A stretch of 64,000 nt of DNA from positions 128,001-192,000 of the forward strand of contig CAVVMW010000001.1 of the NCBI GenBank assembly GCA_963749495.1, read 5' to 3'. The notes beneath the pieces were generated by a model, which did not search any database, was not told where the DNA came from, and saw only the letters and a program-made list of their open reading frames with translations. Numbering within the stretch: position 1 is the stretch's first letter; each line of letters starts with the position of its first letter. A program made the translations under genes and the position numbers. Positions 50,099-60,349 of the stretch are shown here, piece after piece. Source of the stretch: an uncultured bacterium. Lineage in GTDB: Bacteria; Verrucomicrobiota; Verrucomicrobiia; Limisphaerales; UBA8199.

Positions 50099-50914
50099 AT
50101 GAAAAATCGAATTGGCCTAATCATCTTGGTCTTGATTTGCCTTGGCATGGGAATCGGGCTGATCGCCATTAAGAAGCAAGCCATCGAACAACAGCGCAGG
50201 GATGCCGAGACGATCAATTCGCTTTCCAATCAATGGAACTTCACCAAAGCCAAGTTGAGCGAGGAGTCCCAGCACATCGCCAGCATTTCCCAGAACCTCG
50301 ACACCGAGAAAAAGGCCCACGCCGAGCTGGCCAGCACCTTCACCCAGGTCTCCAACAACCTGACCCAGACCAGCGCGGACCTGGCCAAGACCGAGGAGAC
50401 GCTCAAGGCCCGGGAGGAGGAGATCAAGAAGCGCGATGCTACGATCACGGCCCTGGAGGGCAAGAACCAGGACCTCGACAAACAGGCCCTCAACCTGAGG
50501 ACCTCGATCACCAATCTCACCGGTCAGATCGAGGAGACCCGGAGAAAACTCGCCGCCTCGGAAGGCGACAAGGCCATCCTGGAGACCAACCTCAAGCGCC
50601 TCCTGGCCGAGAAGGCCGAATTGGAACGGCAATTCAACGACCTGACCATCCTCCGTGCCCAGGTGGTCAAGCTCAAAGAGGAGATGACCATCGCCCGGCG
50701 GCTGGAGTGGATTCGCATGGGCCTCTTTGCCGGCGAGCAACGGGGCGCCCAGCGCGTGATGCAAGGCATCTTCCCCTCTCAGGCCCTGGCCAGAGCGCCC
50801 AAACCCAGCTACGACCTCAACGTCGAGGTCACCTCCGACGGCAGCGTCAAGGTCATTCCACCCTCTCCCGCCACGAATCGGCCTGCCGGCACCAATGCCA
50901 ACATCAAGTGGTGA
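50099..50914 (+). CDS. Membrane-anchored coiled-coil protein
   Basis: N-terminal TM helix and a long heptad region. Confidence 0.75.
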   Translation: MKNRIGLIILVLICLGMGIGLIAIKKQAIEQQRRDAETINSLSNQWNFTKAKLSEESQHIASISQNLDTEKKAHAELASTFTQVSNNLTQTSADLAKTEETLKAREEEIKKRDATITALEGKNQDLDKQALNLRTSITNLTGQIEETRRKLAASEGDKAILETNLKRLLAEKAELERQFNDLTILRAQVVKLKEEMTIARRLEWIRMGLFAGEQRGAQRVMQGIFPSQALARAPKPSYDLNVEVTSDGSVKVIPPSPATNRPAGTNANIKW

Positions 50915-51968
50915 ACCGGCCCGCCAGCTCATCGATGCGCAGGGACGGGTCCTGCGCGACCTCCGGGTGAGCCTGACGGATCGCTGCAATTTCCGCTGCC
51001 TCTATTGCCTGCCTGAATCCGAGGCCGCCCTGAACTTTTATCGCGGCCACTGGGCGCAAATGCCCAACCCGGCCCCGCTCTTTCCCCAGTGGCTCCCCAA
51101 GGCCCACCTGCTGACCTTCGAGGAAATCGAGCGCCTGGTGCGCCTGGCCGTCCACTGGGGCATCCGCAAGGTCCGCCTCACCGGCGGCGAACCGCTCCTG
51201 CGCCACGAGGTCGAAAACCTCGTCTCGCGCCTGAGCGCCATCCCGGACATCGCCGACCTGGCCATGACCTCCAACGGCTCGCTCTTCCCCCAGAAGGCCG
51301 CCAGCCTGCGCGCCGCCGGCCTGCGCCGCATCAGCTTCAGCCTTGATTCCCTCGACCAGGCCAACTTCAGGAAGATCACCGGCCGCGACGGCCTCCAGGG
51401 CGTCCTCCACAGCATCCGCCTGGCCCAGGACCTGGCCTTTGACCCGGTCAAGATCAACGCCGTCATCATCCGCGGCCTCAACGACCACGAACTGGAGTCC
51501 CTGGCCCAGTTCGCCCGCGACCAAAATCTCTGCCTCCGATTCATCGAGTTCATGCCCCTGGATTCGGCCCGCGCCTGGCTCAAGGAATTGGTCGTCCCCG
51601 CCCGCGAGATCCTCGCCCGTCTCCAGGCCCGCTTCGACCTGCGGCCCGTCCCCCAGGAAAACGCCTCCGCCACGTCCAAACGCTGGGCCTTTGCCGACGG
51701 GCGCGGCGAACTGGGCGTCATCGCTCCAGTCACCGAACCGTTCTGCGGCCACTGCAACCGCCTCCGCCTCACCGCCGACGGCCACCTCCGCACCTGCCTC
51801 TTCAGCGTCACCGAGCACGACCTCCGCTCCCTGCTCCGGGGCGGCGCCTCCGACACCCAGCTCGGCCAATGGCTCCAGCAGGTGGTCTGGCACAAGGAAC
51901 CCCGCCACCATATCGGCGAGCCGGACTTCGTCCCGCCCCCCCGCACCATGAGCTGCATCGGGGGCTGA
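50895..51968 (+). CDS. moaA: GTP 3',8-cyclase
   Basis: LRVSLTDRCNFRCLYC, LTGGEP, FCGHCNRLRLTADG..RTCLF, C-terminal IGG. Confidence 0.95.
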   Translation: MPTSSGEPARQLIDAQGRVLRDLRVSLTDRCNFRCLYCLPESEAALNFYRGHWAQMPNPAPLFPQWLPKAHLLTFEEIERLVRLAVHWGIRKVRLTGGEPLLRHEVENLVSRLSAIPDIADLAMTSNGSLFPQKAASLRAAGLRRISFSLDSLDQANFRKITGRDGLQGVLHSIRLAQDLAFDPVKINAVIIRGLNDHELESLAQFARDQNLCLRFIEFMPLDSARAWLKELVVPAREILARLQARFDLRPVPQENASATSKRWAFADGRGELGVIAPVTEPFCGHCNRLRLTADGHLRTCLFSVTEHDLRSLLRGGASDTQLGQWLQQVVWHKEPRHHIGEPDFVPPPRTMSCIGG

Positions 51969-52170
51969 GACCTATTGCAGCGGACTCTGGATGACTTTGG
52001 TGTCTTTGTCGCAACCTTTGTCGAAAACCGGAGCAATTCGACAAAGGTCGCGACAAAGGTTGCGATAAAGGTCGCCAGAGTCACTCATAATCCGGCGCAA
52101 TGGGGTTGAGCCCCAGGCTCATTGGCTTGCTTGACCCCGGCGCGCCCCCGGTCTATTAAGAAGGCAGGCG

Positions 52171-52491
52171 ATGCCGACATACGAGTACATTTGTGAGAAA
52201 TGCGGTCACACGTTCGAGAAGTTCCAACCGATCTCCGCTCAGGCTCTGATTGTCTGCCCGAAAGAGGCCTGTTCCCAAGAGCCTTGGGGCAAGGGCAAGG
52301 TCAAGCGGCTCATCAGCGGCGGCGCGGGCCTCCTCTTCAAAGGCAGCGGTTTTTATATCACCGATTATCGGAGTGAACAGTACAAAGCGGCCGCCAAGAA
52401 AGACTCCGCCCCGGCCCCCTCGTCCGGCGCCGAGAGCAAGCCCAGCCCCCCGGCAAAGCCCCCGGCCAAGGCGGAAGGCAAACCGGGTTAG
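52171..52491 (+). CDS. FmdB-family zinc-ribbon protein
   Basis: MPTYEYICEKCGH...FKGSGFYITDY. Confidence 0.9.
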   Translation: MPTYEYICEKCGHTFEKFQPISAQALIVCPKEACSQEPWGKGKVKRLISGGAGLLFKGSGFYITDYRSEQYKAAAKKDSAPAPSSGAESKPSPPAKPPAKAEGKPG

Positions 52492-52677
52492 AGTGTGGGT
52501 GGACAATGTCCGTCGTCGTTTCACCAGTACCCGAGGGTCGAGGGTCGAGGGGCGAGAGAACACAGCCCGGCCGCCCGTCGCCTCTTTGACGTGCCAGCAG
52601 TTATGAACCAACGCCTAAGTGGTCATGAACATAGATACGAAGACGTATCCTGGATGCGCGGCAGGGCCGCCGCCGGC

Positions 52678-52815
52678 GTAGCGCAGACCTCCGAGTCTGC
52701 TGTCTCGCAGGTTTCCAAACCTGCGGGCCAACCGACGTGCGGACGCGCATGCCTTCACGGACGCGCAGCCGACTTGGAAGTCGGCGATACAGCAGACTCG
52801 GAGGTCTGCGCTACG
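52678..52815. repeat. Family C REP element
   Basis: GTAGCGCAGACCTCCGAGTCTGCTG...CAGCAGACTCGGAGGTCTGCGCTAC. Confidence 0.8.
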
Positions 52816-52879
52816 TCACCGTATTTGCGTCCAGCAGTGCTAAGTTTGCTCCGATACAGTCTGCGTCCTGTCGGGCGCC

Positions 52880-54206
52880 GATGCCTCCTGCTGTGCTGCA
52901 TTTTGGCCCTCGGCCGGCAGGCGCCCAGCTCGCGGCCTCGTCTCCGGCGATGTCCGCCAACAGTTCCTCCGGCCAGTTTTTCATCCATGCCACCGCCCCG
53001 ACCCAACCGGATGGTCCGCTGGCGACCAACCGGGCCCTGCTTCATCTGGAGCCGAGCCTGGTGGCCGTTTCGGCCGAACGGATCAAGCAGAACGTGTGGC
53101 GCGAACTGGAAACCAGCCAGCCCTGGCGCAGCACGATCGTCGTCACGCTGGTTCCCCCCAGGACCGCCGACGGCGGGGTGGTGATCAGTTCGGACCGGTT
53201 CCCGGACGGCTGGCGCTACCTCGTTTTGATGCCAAGGGTGATCGAGCGCGAGCGGTATGTGCAGGCCCTCACCCATGTGGTGCTGCTCGAACTGGCCAAT
53301 CGCTCGGGCGGGCCCAACTCCGCCGAGACCCCGGCCTGGCTCGTCGAGGGCCTCGCCCGCCAGCTCCTGGCTTCCAAAGAGGCCGAGATTATCCTCACGC
53401 TTCCCAGCGAGGGCCGCGGCGGCGTCCCATTCACGCCGACTGTCCTGAACAAACGCTGGGACGACCCGCTCAAAGGCGCCCACGACCAGTTGACCCGCTA
53501 CACCCCGCTCACCTTCCAGGAGTTGAGTTGGCCGGCGCCGGAGGAGTTGACGGGCGAGCCGGGCGAAGTCTATCGCAGCAGCGCCCAGTTGTTCGTCGTC
53601 CGCCTGCTGCGCCTGGATCAGGGGCGCGCCTGCATGCGCGCCTTCCTCGCCGAATTGACCAGGCACTATAACTGGCAATTTGCCTTCTTGCGCGCCTTCC
53701 ATGCCCGTTTTGAGCGCCCCGTCGAAGTCGAGAAGTGGTGGGCGCTACAGGTCGCCGAATTCACGGGGCGCGACCCGGCGCAGGCCTGGCCCACCGAGCA
53801 GAGTTGGCAGAAACTGGAGGAGGCCGTCTCCTTGCCGGTCCAGGTCCGCACCGGCACCAACGAACTGCCCTTCCATGCCCAGGCCACCCTCCAGAACATC
53901 ATTCGCGATTGGAACCGCGTCTCTCAAACGGTCACGCTCCTGAGCAAGCTGCAGGAATTGGAATTGGCCCGTCACCGCGTCTCCAAAGACCTGGTCCCTC
54001 TGGTTGACGGTTATTATCGGGTCATCGCCACCTACCTGCAGCAGCGCGACAAGACCACCCCGGTCTTCCATTTGCGCAGCAAGGCTGCCCAGCGTTACGC
54101 CGCCGCCGTCGCCGTGGCGCAGTTGGACGGCCTGGATTCCCAGCGCCAGGTCCTGCACCCGCCCCGGCAGCCAACCACCGCCGCCGTCCGGGCGAACTCC
54201 AGGTGA
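52880..54206 (+). CDS. Hypothetical protein (peptidase-MA-like PAWLVEGLA motif); start uncertain
   Basis: Long ORF; a signal-like segment appears in a different frame near 52880-52920. Confidence 0.6.
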
Positions 54207-54242
54207 GTGGAACCCGGTGCCTGTTCAACAATTGAAACGAAC

Positions 54243-55244
54243 ATGAAGCGAATACTGGCGTTGCTGGCGGCGGGGGGCCTGGCGGCGCTGGCCGGCTGCA
54301 ATCAATCCCCGGATGCCCGCACCTCGGCCGGCGCCAGGAAACTCACCATCGCCCTGTTGCCCAAGTCCAAGGGCAACGCCTACTTCGTCTCGTGCAAGAA
54401 GGGCGCCGTCATGGCCGCCAGGGAACTGGGCGTGGACTTGATCTTCGACGGCCCGACCGACCCCGACCCGGCCAAACAGAATGAGATTGTCGAGAACTGG
54501 ATTACGCTGGGCGTGGACGCCATCGCGGCTGCCTGCGAGAACAAGGAGGGCATCTCCACCGCCTTGCGCAAAGCCCGCGCCAAAGGCATCAAGGTCATCA
54601 CCTACGACGCCGACGCCCTGCCGGATGCGCGGGCGTTTTTCGTCAATCAGGCCACGGCCCAGGGCATCGGCTGGGCGTGCATGGACGAAGCGGCGCGGCT
54701 GTGCGGCCAGACCGGCGAATTCGCTGTCATTGTCGGTTCGCTCACCGCCGCCAACCAGGTCGAGTGGCGCAACTACATCCAGCAACGCTGCGCCGCCCGC
54801 TATCCCAACATGAAGATGGTGGCCTGGCGCCCGTGCGACGATTTCAAAGACAAGGCCCAGAGCGAGGCCACGACGCTCCTGAGCGCCTACCCCAACCTCA
54901 GGCTGTTGCTGAGCATCACCTCCCTGGGCGTGCCCGGCGCCGCCGAGGCCGTCAAGCAGGCCGGCAAAACCGGCCAGGTCAAAGTTATCGGCCTGGGGCT
55001 GCCCAACGAAAATCAACGCTACGTCAAGGAAGGCGTCACCCAGAGCGTCATCCTCTGGAAGACCGAAGACCTCGGTTACCTCACCCTCTGTGCCGCCGAG
55101 GCCCTGGCGCGCGGCGCTCTCAAGCCCGGCGATACCTCCTTCAAGGCCGGCCGCCTCGGCCAATTCGCCATCCAGGGCGACAACATCATCCTGGGCCAGC
55201 CGTTCATCTTCAACAAAGACAACATCGACCAGTTTGACTTCTAG
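54243..55244 (+). CDS. Sugar ABC transporter substrate-binding lipoprotein (RhaS/LsrB-like)
   Basis: LAGC lipobox, PKSKGNAYF, ILW...LGY, FNKDNIDQFDF. Confidence 0.88.
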   Translation: MKRILALLAAGGLAALAGCNQSPDARTSAGARKLTIALLPKSKGNAYFVSCKKGAVMAARELGVDLIFDGPTDPDPAKQNEIVENWITLGVDAIAAACENKEGISTALRKARAKGIKVITYDADALPDARAFFVNQATAQGIGWACMDEAARLCGQTGEFAVIVGSLTAANQVEWRNYIQQRCAARYPNMKMVAWRPCDDFKDKAQSEATTLLSAYPNLRLLLSITSLGVPGAAEAVKQAGKTGQVKVIGLGLPNENQRYVKEGVTQSVILWKTEDLGYLTLCAAEALARGALKPGDTSFKAGRLGQFAIQGDNIILGQPFIFNKDNIDQFDF

Positions 55245-55246
55245 GT

Positions 55247-55888
55247 TCACTGAGACGAATTCTCCTGCGGCAGCGGGATGAAGATCTTCATGCCCGGGGT
55301 AAGGCGGTCCGGTTTCAGGCGCGGATTGGCCTTGAGGATTTGCCCCTCCGTGACCATGATATGCTTCTCGTGGCAGGCGATGATGATGGCCGAGAGGGTG
55401 TCGCCCTGGGCAACCGGGTAATAAAAGCCGCGTTGCGAGCCAGCGTTGTCGGGGTTGTCAGCGGGCGGGTTGTCCGGTGGCGGAGGGCCGTTTTTTTTTG
55501 AGCTGGAGGCAGAGCCGGAGCCAGGGGCCTTCTTGGGAGACGTTGCCGTCGCGGCCTCGACGGCCTTCATCAGCTTGAGCAGGTCGGCGTGGATCTGCTT
55601 GTTGTCCTCGATGCGTTTGCGGTCAACCTGCTCGATGGCATTGGCCAGGCGCGTCAAATTCTCCTGGCTGGCGTAGGCGGGGGCGGGCCGGTTCTGCTGT
55701 TCGCGCAAGCTCGCCAGTTCGTTGGCCAGGGCCTCGACGCGCCGGCGCAGCGCCTCCTGGCCCTCGATCAAATTCTCGATCTTGCCGCTCAACTGTCTGA
55801 GCCGCTCTTCGGTGGCCGCGTCCTGGGCGCGCCCGCGCGGCGCGCCCCACAGCGCCAGCGCCATCATACAAACCGCAAATCGTTTCAT
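55247..55888 (-). CDS. LysM-domain secreted protein
   Basis: Signal peptide, coiled coil, YPVAQGDTLSAI...ILKANP...L.PGMKIFIP. Confidence 0.85.
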   Translation of the reverse strand: MKRFAVCMMALALWGAPRGRAQDAATEERLRQLSGKIENLIEGQEALRRRVEALANELASLREQQNRPAPAYASQENLTRLANAIEQVDRKRIEDNKQIHADLLKLMKAVEAATATSPKKAPGSGSASSSKKNGPPPPDNPPADNPDNAGSQRGFYYPVAQGDTLSAIIIACHEKHIMVTEGQILKANPRLKPDRLTPGMKIFIPLPQENSSQ

Positions 55889-56187
55889 GGGCCGACATTA
55901 GGAGCGGCGCAGCCCGAATTCAAGGGCCAAAAGCGGCGGTGCCTGACCCTTCCGTCCCGGGCGTAGGAAAAGAATCTCCACAAAATGGGTTTCGCTAGGC
56001 TTTCGTCACAAAGAGTACCTAGGGGGGCGCCATAAAAGATCCCGGCCTTACAGGCCGGGGTTTTTCGAGGGGCGCGGCCTTACCCGGGCCTCCGCTCCGC
56101 TCCAGCCCGGGCTATCACATGGCGGGCCTTCGGCCCTGGGGCGCATGCCGACTCTCACGCGGAGCCCCGACGCTCCGCCCGCGGGCC

Positions 56188-56571
56188 CTATTGGACGATC
56201 TCGGCGTTTGCGATCATCTTCATCCCGTTCCGCTCGACGACTTTGCCCTTGAGGGTGACGGTCTGGGCCGCCTTGGGCGCGAGTTGGTCGTTCATCGGTG
56301 CATGATCGCCCACCACCAGGTAGAGATCGTCGCCGCTGAGCAGGCCCACTGGCCCGCCGCCCTTGATGCACCTCGTAGCGCAGCCCTTGTGCCCCTCCCC
56401 CTTGGCGCCATGATCCAGGTAGCACATCAAGTCCACGATCTCGCCTTTGATTGTCTTGACCTGCGCCGCCGGCGCCTTGCTGTCCGCCGCGAACAAAAGC
56501 GACGAGACCGCCAGGCCGGCCCCGAGGGCCAACGCAATCACCGAAGTTCTTAACACCGCTTTGCTGTTCAT
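56188..56571 (-). CDS. Secreted hypothetical protein (OB-fold-like, Cys/His motif)
   Basis: Signal peptide; KGEIVDLMCYL..H...H..CA..CI. Confidence 0.7.
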   Translation of the reverse strand: MNSKAVLRTSVIALALGAGLAVSSLLFAADSKAPAAQVKTIKGEIVDLMCYLDHGAKGEGHKGCATRCIKGGGPVGLLSGDDLYLVVGDHAPMNDQLAPKAAQTVTLKGKVVERNGMKMIANAEIVQ

Positions 56572-56624
56572 ATAGTAGTTGTTGTTGATCCTTTATGGTT
56601 GCTGCAACACGTCAGTGTAGCGCA

Positions 56625-56837
56625 TTACTTGCGAAAAATCCACAAGAGGAACGTGAGCAGGAGACTGAGCAGCAGGCAGGTCACGATCGGAAAGTAAAAA
56701 CCGAAGTTGCCCTTGGTGTAGTGAATGTCACCCGGCAGGCGGCCGAGCCAGCCCCTGCCGAGGCCCGACATCAGCACGGCGCCGATGGCGGCGAGGAGCA
56801 GGCCGACCACGACGAGGAATCTGCCGAGTTCATTCAT
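56625..56837 (-). CDS. DUF2905 small membrane protein
   Basis: LGRLPGDI...FYFPIVTCLLLS. Confidence 0.85.
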   Translation of the reverse strand: MNELGRFLVVVGLLLAAIGAVLMSGLGRGWLGRLPGDIHYTKGNFGFYFPIVTCLLLSLLLTFLLWIFRK

Positions 56838-57003
56838 CCGGCGCCGAATATAAGCTGTTCTCGCCGGTTTGGAAAGCCGGCCTCGAGGCCGGGGCGAGGC
56901 TGCGCCCGTCCCGTGCGAGAAGGGACAAAAGGGACAAAAGGGACGTAAGGGATGAGCGGGCCAATGTCATCAACAGTTCCGCTGACGTTTCACGTTTCAC
57001 GTT

Positions 57004-60000
57004 TCACCTCACCTTCACTGTCAAGCTGGCAGGGGCCAGTTGGTCCGCCTCGGCTTTGAGTGTGATCGCGCGGGCCTGGCAGGCGGGGCGCAGGATGGCC
57101 AGGCACCGGCCCTGGAAGGTGGAGTGCTCGGGCTTTCGGAAACTGGACGGGTCGCACGGGTTACCGCTGCCGAGGGCGGCCAACTCGCCGGCGCCGCTGA
57201 CGCTAAAGCGCACGGGCACCGCCGCGGCCGGCACCCGCTCCCCGGCGGCGTCCACCACCTCGACCGTGACGTAACACAAATCGTTCCGGTCGGCGCGGAT
57301 CACCGGGCGGTCGGGCGTGAGGCGCAGTTTTTTGGATTTGCCGGCGGAGCGCAGGGTGGTGCTGGCGACTTCCCTGCCGCTGATGAGGCCAATCGCGCGC
57401 AAGGTGCCGGGGGCATAAGGGACCTCGAACCTGGCTGTGAGCTTGCCGCCGGCGGAGACCGGTTTCTCGCCGAGCTTTTTGCCGTTGAGCTCGAGCCGGA
57501 CCTTGTCGCAGGTGGAGTACACCGCCACCTGCATCGGCCTGCCCGCCTCGACGGGCCAGGACCAACTCTGGAGTTCGTCGGGCCAGCCCCAGCCGCTGAC
57601 CTTCTCGGAGCGGCCCGGCGGCAGGGGGACGTGCACGGCCAGTTCGAGCGGGCTGCGGCCCCAGACGACGTCGCGATAGAACGACTGCGGTTTCTTGAAT
57701 CCGCACAGGTCGAGGTTGCCGCACCAGGCATCGAACCAGGGCCAGGGCATGAGCTGGGGGTTCTTTTCGTTGTCCAGCACCGTGTGGCCGAGGCCGGCCT
57801 CGCCCAGGTAATCGAGGGCGGTCCAGACGAAATCTCCGATGACATAAGGGTGTTTCTCGACCATGCCCCAGCAGTTGAAAGCATCGGCCGAGAACGATTC
57901 GGTGCAGACGATGACCCGGTTTGGATTGCGCGCATGGTCCGGCTCGTATTTGTGGGGCAGGTAATTGTAGCCGGCGACGTCGAGGTGCTCGAAGGCCGGA
58001 TCGGAGACCTGGTCCCAATTGCGGCCGGGCCAATCCCAGGTGTCGCAAATCGCGGCGGTCACCGGGCGTGTCGGGTCCTCACGCAGCACGGCATCGCGGA
58101 GGCGCTTGGCGAGGTCGGGCCGGTCGAACCGCTCGTGGACCTCGTTGCCGATGGACCAGAAAAGGACCGAGGGATGATTGCGGTCGCGCCGGACCATGTC
58201 GGCGATGTCCCGCTCGCACCATTCCTTGAAGAAGCGGTGATAGTCCTGGGGATTCTTGGCCTGTTCCCACTGGTCGAAGGCCTCATCGATGACCAGCATG
58301 CCGAGGCGGTCGCAGGCCTCCAGGAAGGCGGGCGAGGGCGGGTTATGGCTGGTGCGGATGGCGTTGAAGCCGTTGGCCTTGAGCAACTCGACGCGCCGCT
58401 CCTCGGCCCGGTCCAGGGCCGCCGCGCCGAGCGGGCCGTTGTCGTGGTGGACGCAGCCGCCTTTGAGTTTGAAGGGCTGGCCGTTGAGGCGCAGCCCGTG
58501 CTGGGCGTCCACCTCGACCTTGCGGATGCCGAAAGTGGTCTCCGAGCGGTCCTTGACCTCTGCGCCGGCCACGATCTCCACCTCAGCGCGATAAAGGCCG
58601 GGCGACTGCGGCGACCACAAGTGAGGCGAGGCAATCTCGAAGACCTGTTCCGAGTGCGAGGCCGTGGTGGCGTTCACTCGCGCGGGCGCTTGGGCGGATT
58701 TGACCACCTTGCCGTTTGGCCCGACAATCCGGGTCTGTACCAGCACGTCCTGGCCGCCGCCGCCCTCGACCGGGTCCAGCGTCGTCGCCACTTTGACCGT
58801 GGCCGTCTGCCCGGAGACCCGCGGCGTGGTGACATAGACGCCCCAGAGCGCGACGTGAACGGGGTCGGTGACGGTGAGCCACACGTGGCGGTAGATGCCG
58901 GAGCCGGAGTACCAGCGGCTGTTCTTCCCTTCGTTGCGCACCCGCACCGCCAGGACATTCTCCTGGCCCGCCGCTTTGAGGTGGGGCGTTAGATCCTGAG
59001 CAAAGCTGGTGTAGCCGTAAGGATGATTGCCCAGGGACTGGCCGTTGAGCCACACGTCGGCGTCCATATAGACGCCGTCGAAACGGACCGAGACGCGCTT
59101 GCCCTTATCGGCGGGGTCGAGCCTGAAGTGCTTGCGATACCACCCGGTCCCGCCCAGGACGTGGCCGGTCGAGGCCCCGCCGGGGCTGGCGCCCGGGTCG
59201 AAGGGCCCCATCCGGCCCACGGGCGAACCGGCCTCGTAGATGCCTCCGTTGCCGGTGGCGTCGAAAACGCGGACCGCCACGAGGTCGGTGCCGTTGCCTC
59301 TCACCACGTGGGCCGGCACGCGGTAGCGCCGTTCCTGGTCCCAGGCCGTCTGGAAATTCGGCGGAAACGACCCCATCCCCCCGATGCGCACCCCGTTGAG
59401 GTAGGTCTCGTCCACGTCGTCGATCTTGCCCAGCAGCAGCTCGATCTCCTTGCCCTCGACCAAAGCCGGCAACTGGATGCGGCGGCGGAACCAGCCGTAC
59501 ACGTTGTCGTTGGTGTAGCCCGAGTGATGTTCCCAATAATCCGGCAGCAGCACTTCCTCCCAATCCGAGTCGTTCACCATCGGGTTCTTCCAGCTCGCGT
59601 CGTCGCCCTTGTGAAAACGCCACTTCCCCTCGACCACCCCGAAGGCCGGGATGGTCCGGTCCGACGGCGGCAGGTCCTCGATGCTCCAATCATGCGGCAC
59701 GTCGAGCATCCGCCAATTCGTGTCGTCAAATTCCGGCCGCTCCGCTCCCGGGGCGTCTGCCCGCAGGAACATCCAGTCCGCATCGAAGCTGCGGTCCCGC
59801 GCCCCGGCGCCGAGCAGCCCGGCGCTCAAAAGCAGGGCCAGGCCCGCAAACAGGACCGCATTTGGCTTCCGCGTACTAAATCGGAGCAACCCGCATGTGC
59901 GCACCAATGCGGGTTTTGGACCTTGGTCGCAACCTTTGTCGAAGGCCCGATTTCTCGACAAAGGATCCGACAAAGGCTGCGACGAAGGTTGTGCCAATGG

Positions 60001-60309
60001 AGTGCGGTTAAAACTGTCGGTCAGCCCACGGGGCCTTTTTGCCCCGAAGGGGCTGCCGACAATAGCCCGGCGTTTCAACGCCGGGTGGGCGGACCCAAGG
60101 AGCAGGTCCGTCCCGAAGGGACGGCTGAAGGCAAGGAATGTTCTCAGTCGTCCCTTCGGGACGCGTGCCCCTTTTGTGGCCTCCCCGGCGTTGAAACGCC
60201 GGGCTATTGTCAGATGTCCCTCCGGGACAAAACTCCCGAGGCGCATGCCCGACGCTTCTAATCGCACCCGTGCCGATGTTGCGTGTTTGGAATTAGCAAT
60301 CGATCTCAT
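57004..60309 (-). CDS. GH2 beta-galactosidase-like glycosidase; N-terminal ~150 codons are repeat-derived, start uncertain
   Basis: VPHDWSIE, FDGVY, RWYSGSGIYR, KGGCVHHD, IRTSHNP, WSIGNE, DFVWT..DYLGE. Confidence 0.9.
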   Translation of the reverse strand: MRSIANSKHATSARVRLEASGMRLGSFVPEGHLTIARRFNAGEATKGARVPKGRLRTFLAFSRPFGTDLLLGSAHPALKRRAIVGSPFGAKRPRGLTDSFNRTPLAQPSSQPLSDPLSRNRAFDKGCDQGPKPALVRTCGLLRFSTRKPNAVLFAGLALLLSAGLLGAGARDRSFDADWMFLRADAPGAERPEFDDTNWRMLDVPHDWSIEDLPPSDRTIPAFGVVEGKWRFHKGDDASWKNPMVNDSDWEEVLLPDYWEHHSGYTNDNVYGWFRRRIQLPALVEGKEIELLLGKIDDVDETYLNGVRIGGMGSFPPNFQTAWDQERRYRVPAHVVRGNGTDLVAVRVFDATGNGGIYEAGSPVGRMGPFDPGASPGGASTGHVLGGTGWYRKHFRLDPADKGKRVSVRFDGVYMDADVWLNGQSLGNHPYGYTSFAQDLTPHLKAAGQENVLAVRVRNEGKNSRWYSGSGIYRHVWLTVTDPVHVALWGVYVTTPRVSGQTATVKVATTLDPVEGGGGQDVLVQTRIVGPNGKVVKSAQAPARVNATTASHSEQVFEIASPHLWSPQSPGLYRAEVEIVAGAEVKDRSETTFGIRKVEVDAQHGLRLNGQPFKLKGGCVHHDNGPLGAAALDRAEERRVELLKANGFNAIRTSHNPPSPAFLEACDRLGMLVIDEAFDQWEQAKNPQDYHRFFKEWCERDIADMVRRDRNHPSVLFWSIGNEVHERFDRPDLAKRLRDAVLREDPTRPVTAAICDTWDWPGRNWDQVSDPAFEHLDVAGYNYLPHKYEPDHARNPNRVIVCTESFSADAFNCWGMVEKHPYVIGDFVWTALDYLGEAGLGHTVLDNEKNPQLMPWPWFDAWCGNLDLCGFKKPQSFYRDVVWGRSPLELAVHVPLPPGRSEKVSGWGWPDELQSWSWPVEAGRPMQVAVYSTCDKVRLELNGKKLGEKPVSAGGKLTARFEVPYAPGTLRAIGLISGREVASTTLRSAGKSKKLRLTPDRPVIRADRNDLCYVTVEVVDAAGERVPAAAVPVRFSVSGAGELAALGSGNPCDPSSFRKPEHSTFQGRCLAILRPACQARAITLKAEADQLAPASLTVKVR
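59925..60269. repeat. 12-mer repeat plus REP element (CCGGCGTTTCAACGCCGGG / GTCCCGAAGGGAC)
   Basis: Inverted structure with imperfect ends GAGTGCGGTTAAAA / TTCTAATCGCACCC. Confidence 0.75.
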
Positions 60310-60349
60310 GTATTTCAGCCTTTAGCCTTTAGCCTTCAGCCTTCAGCCT

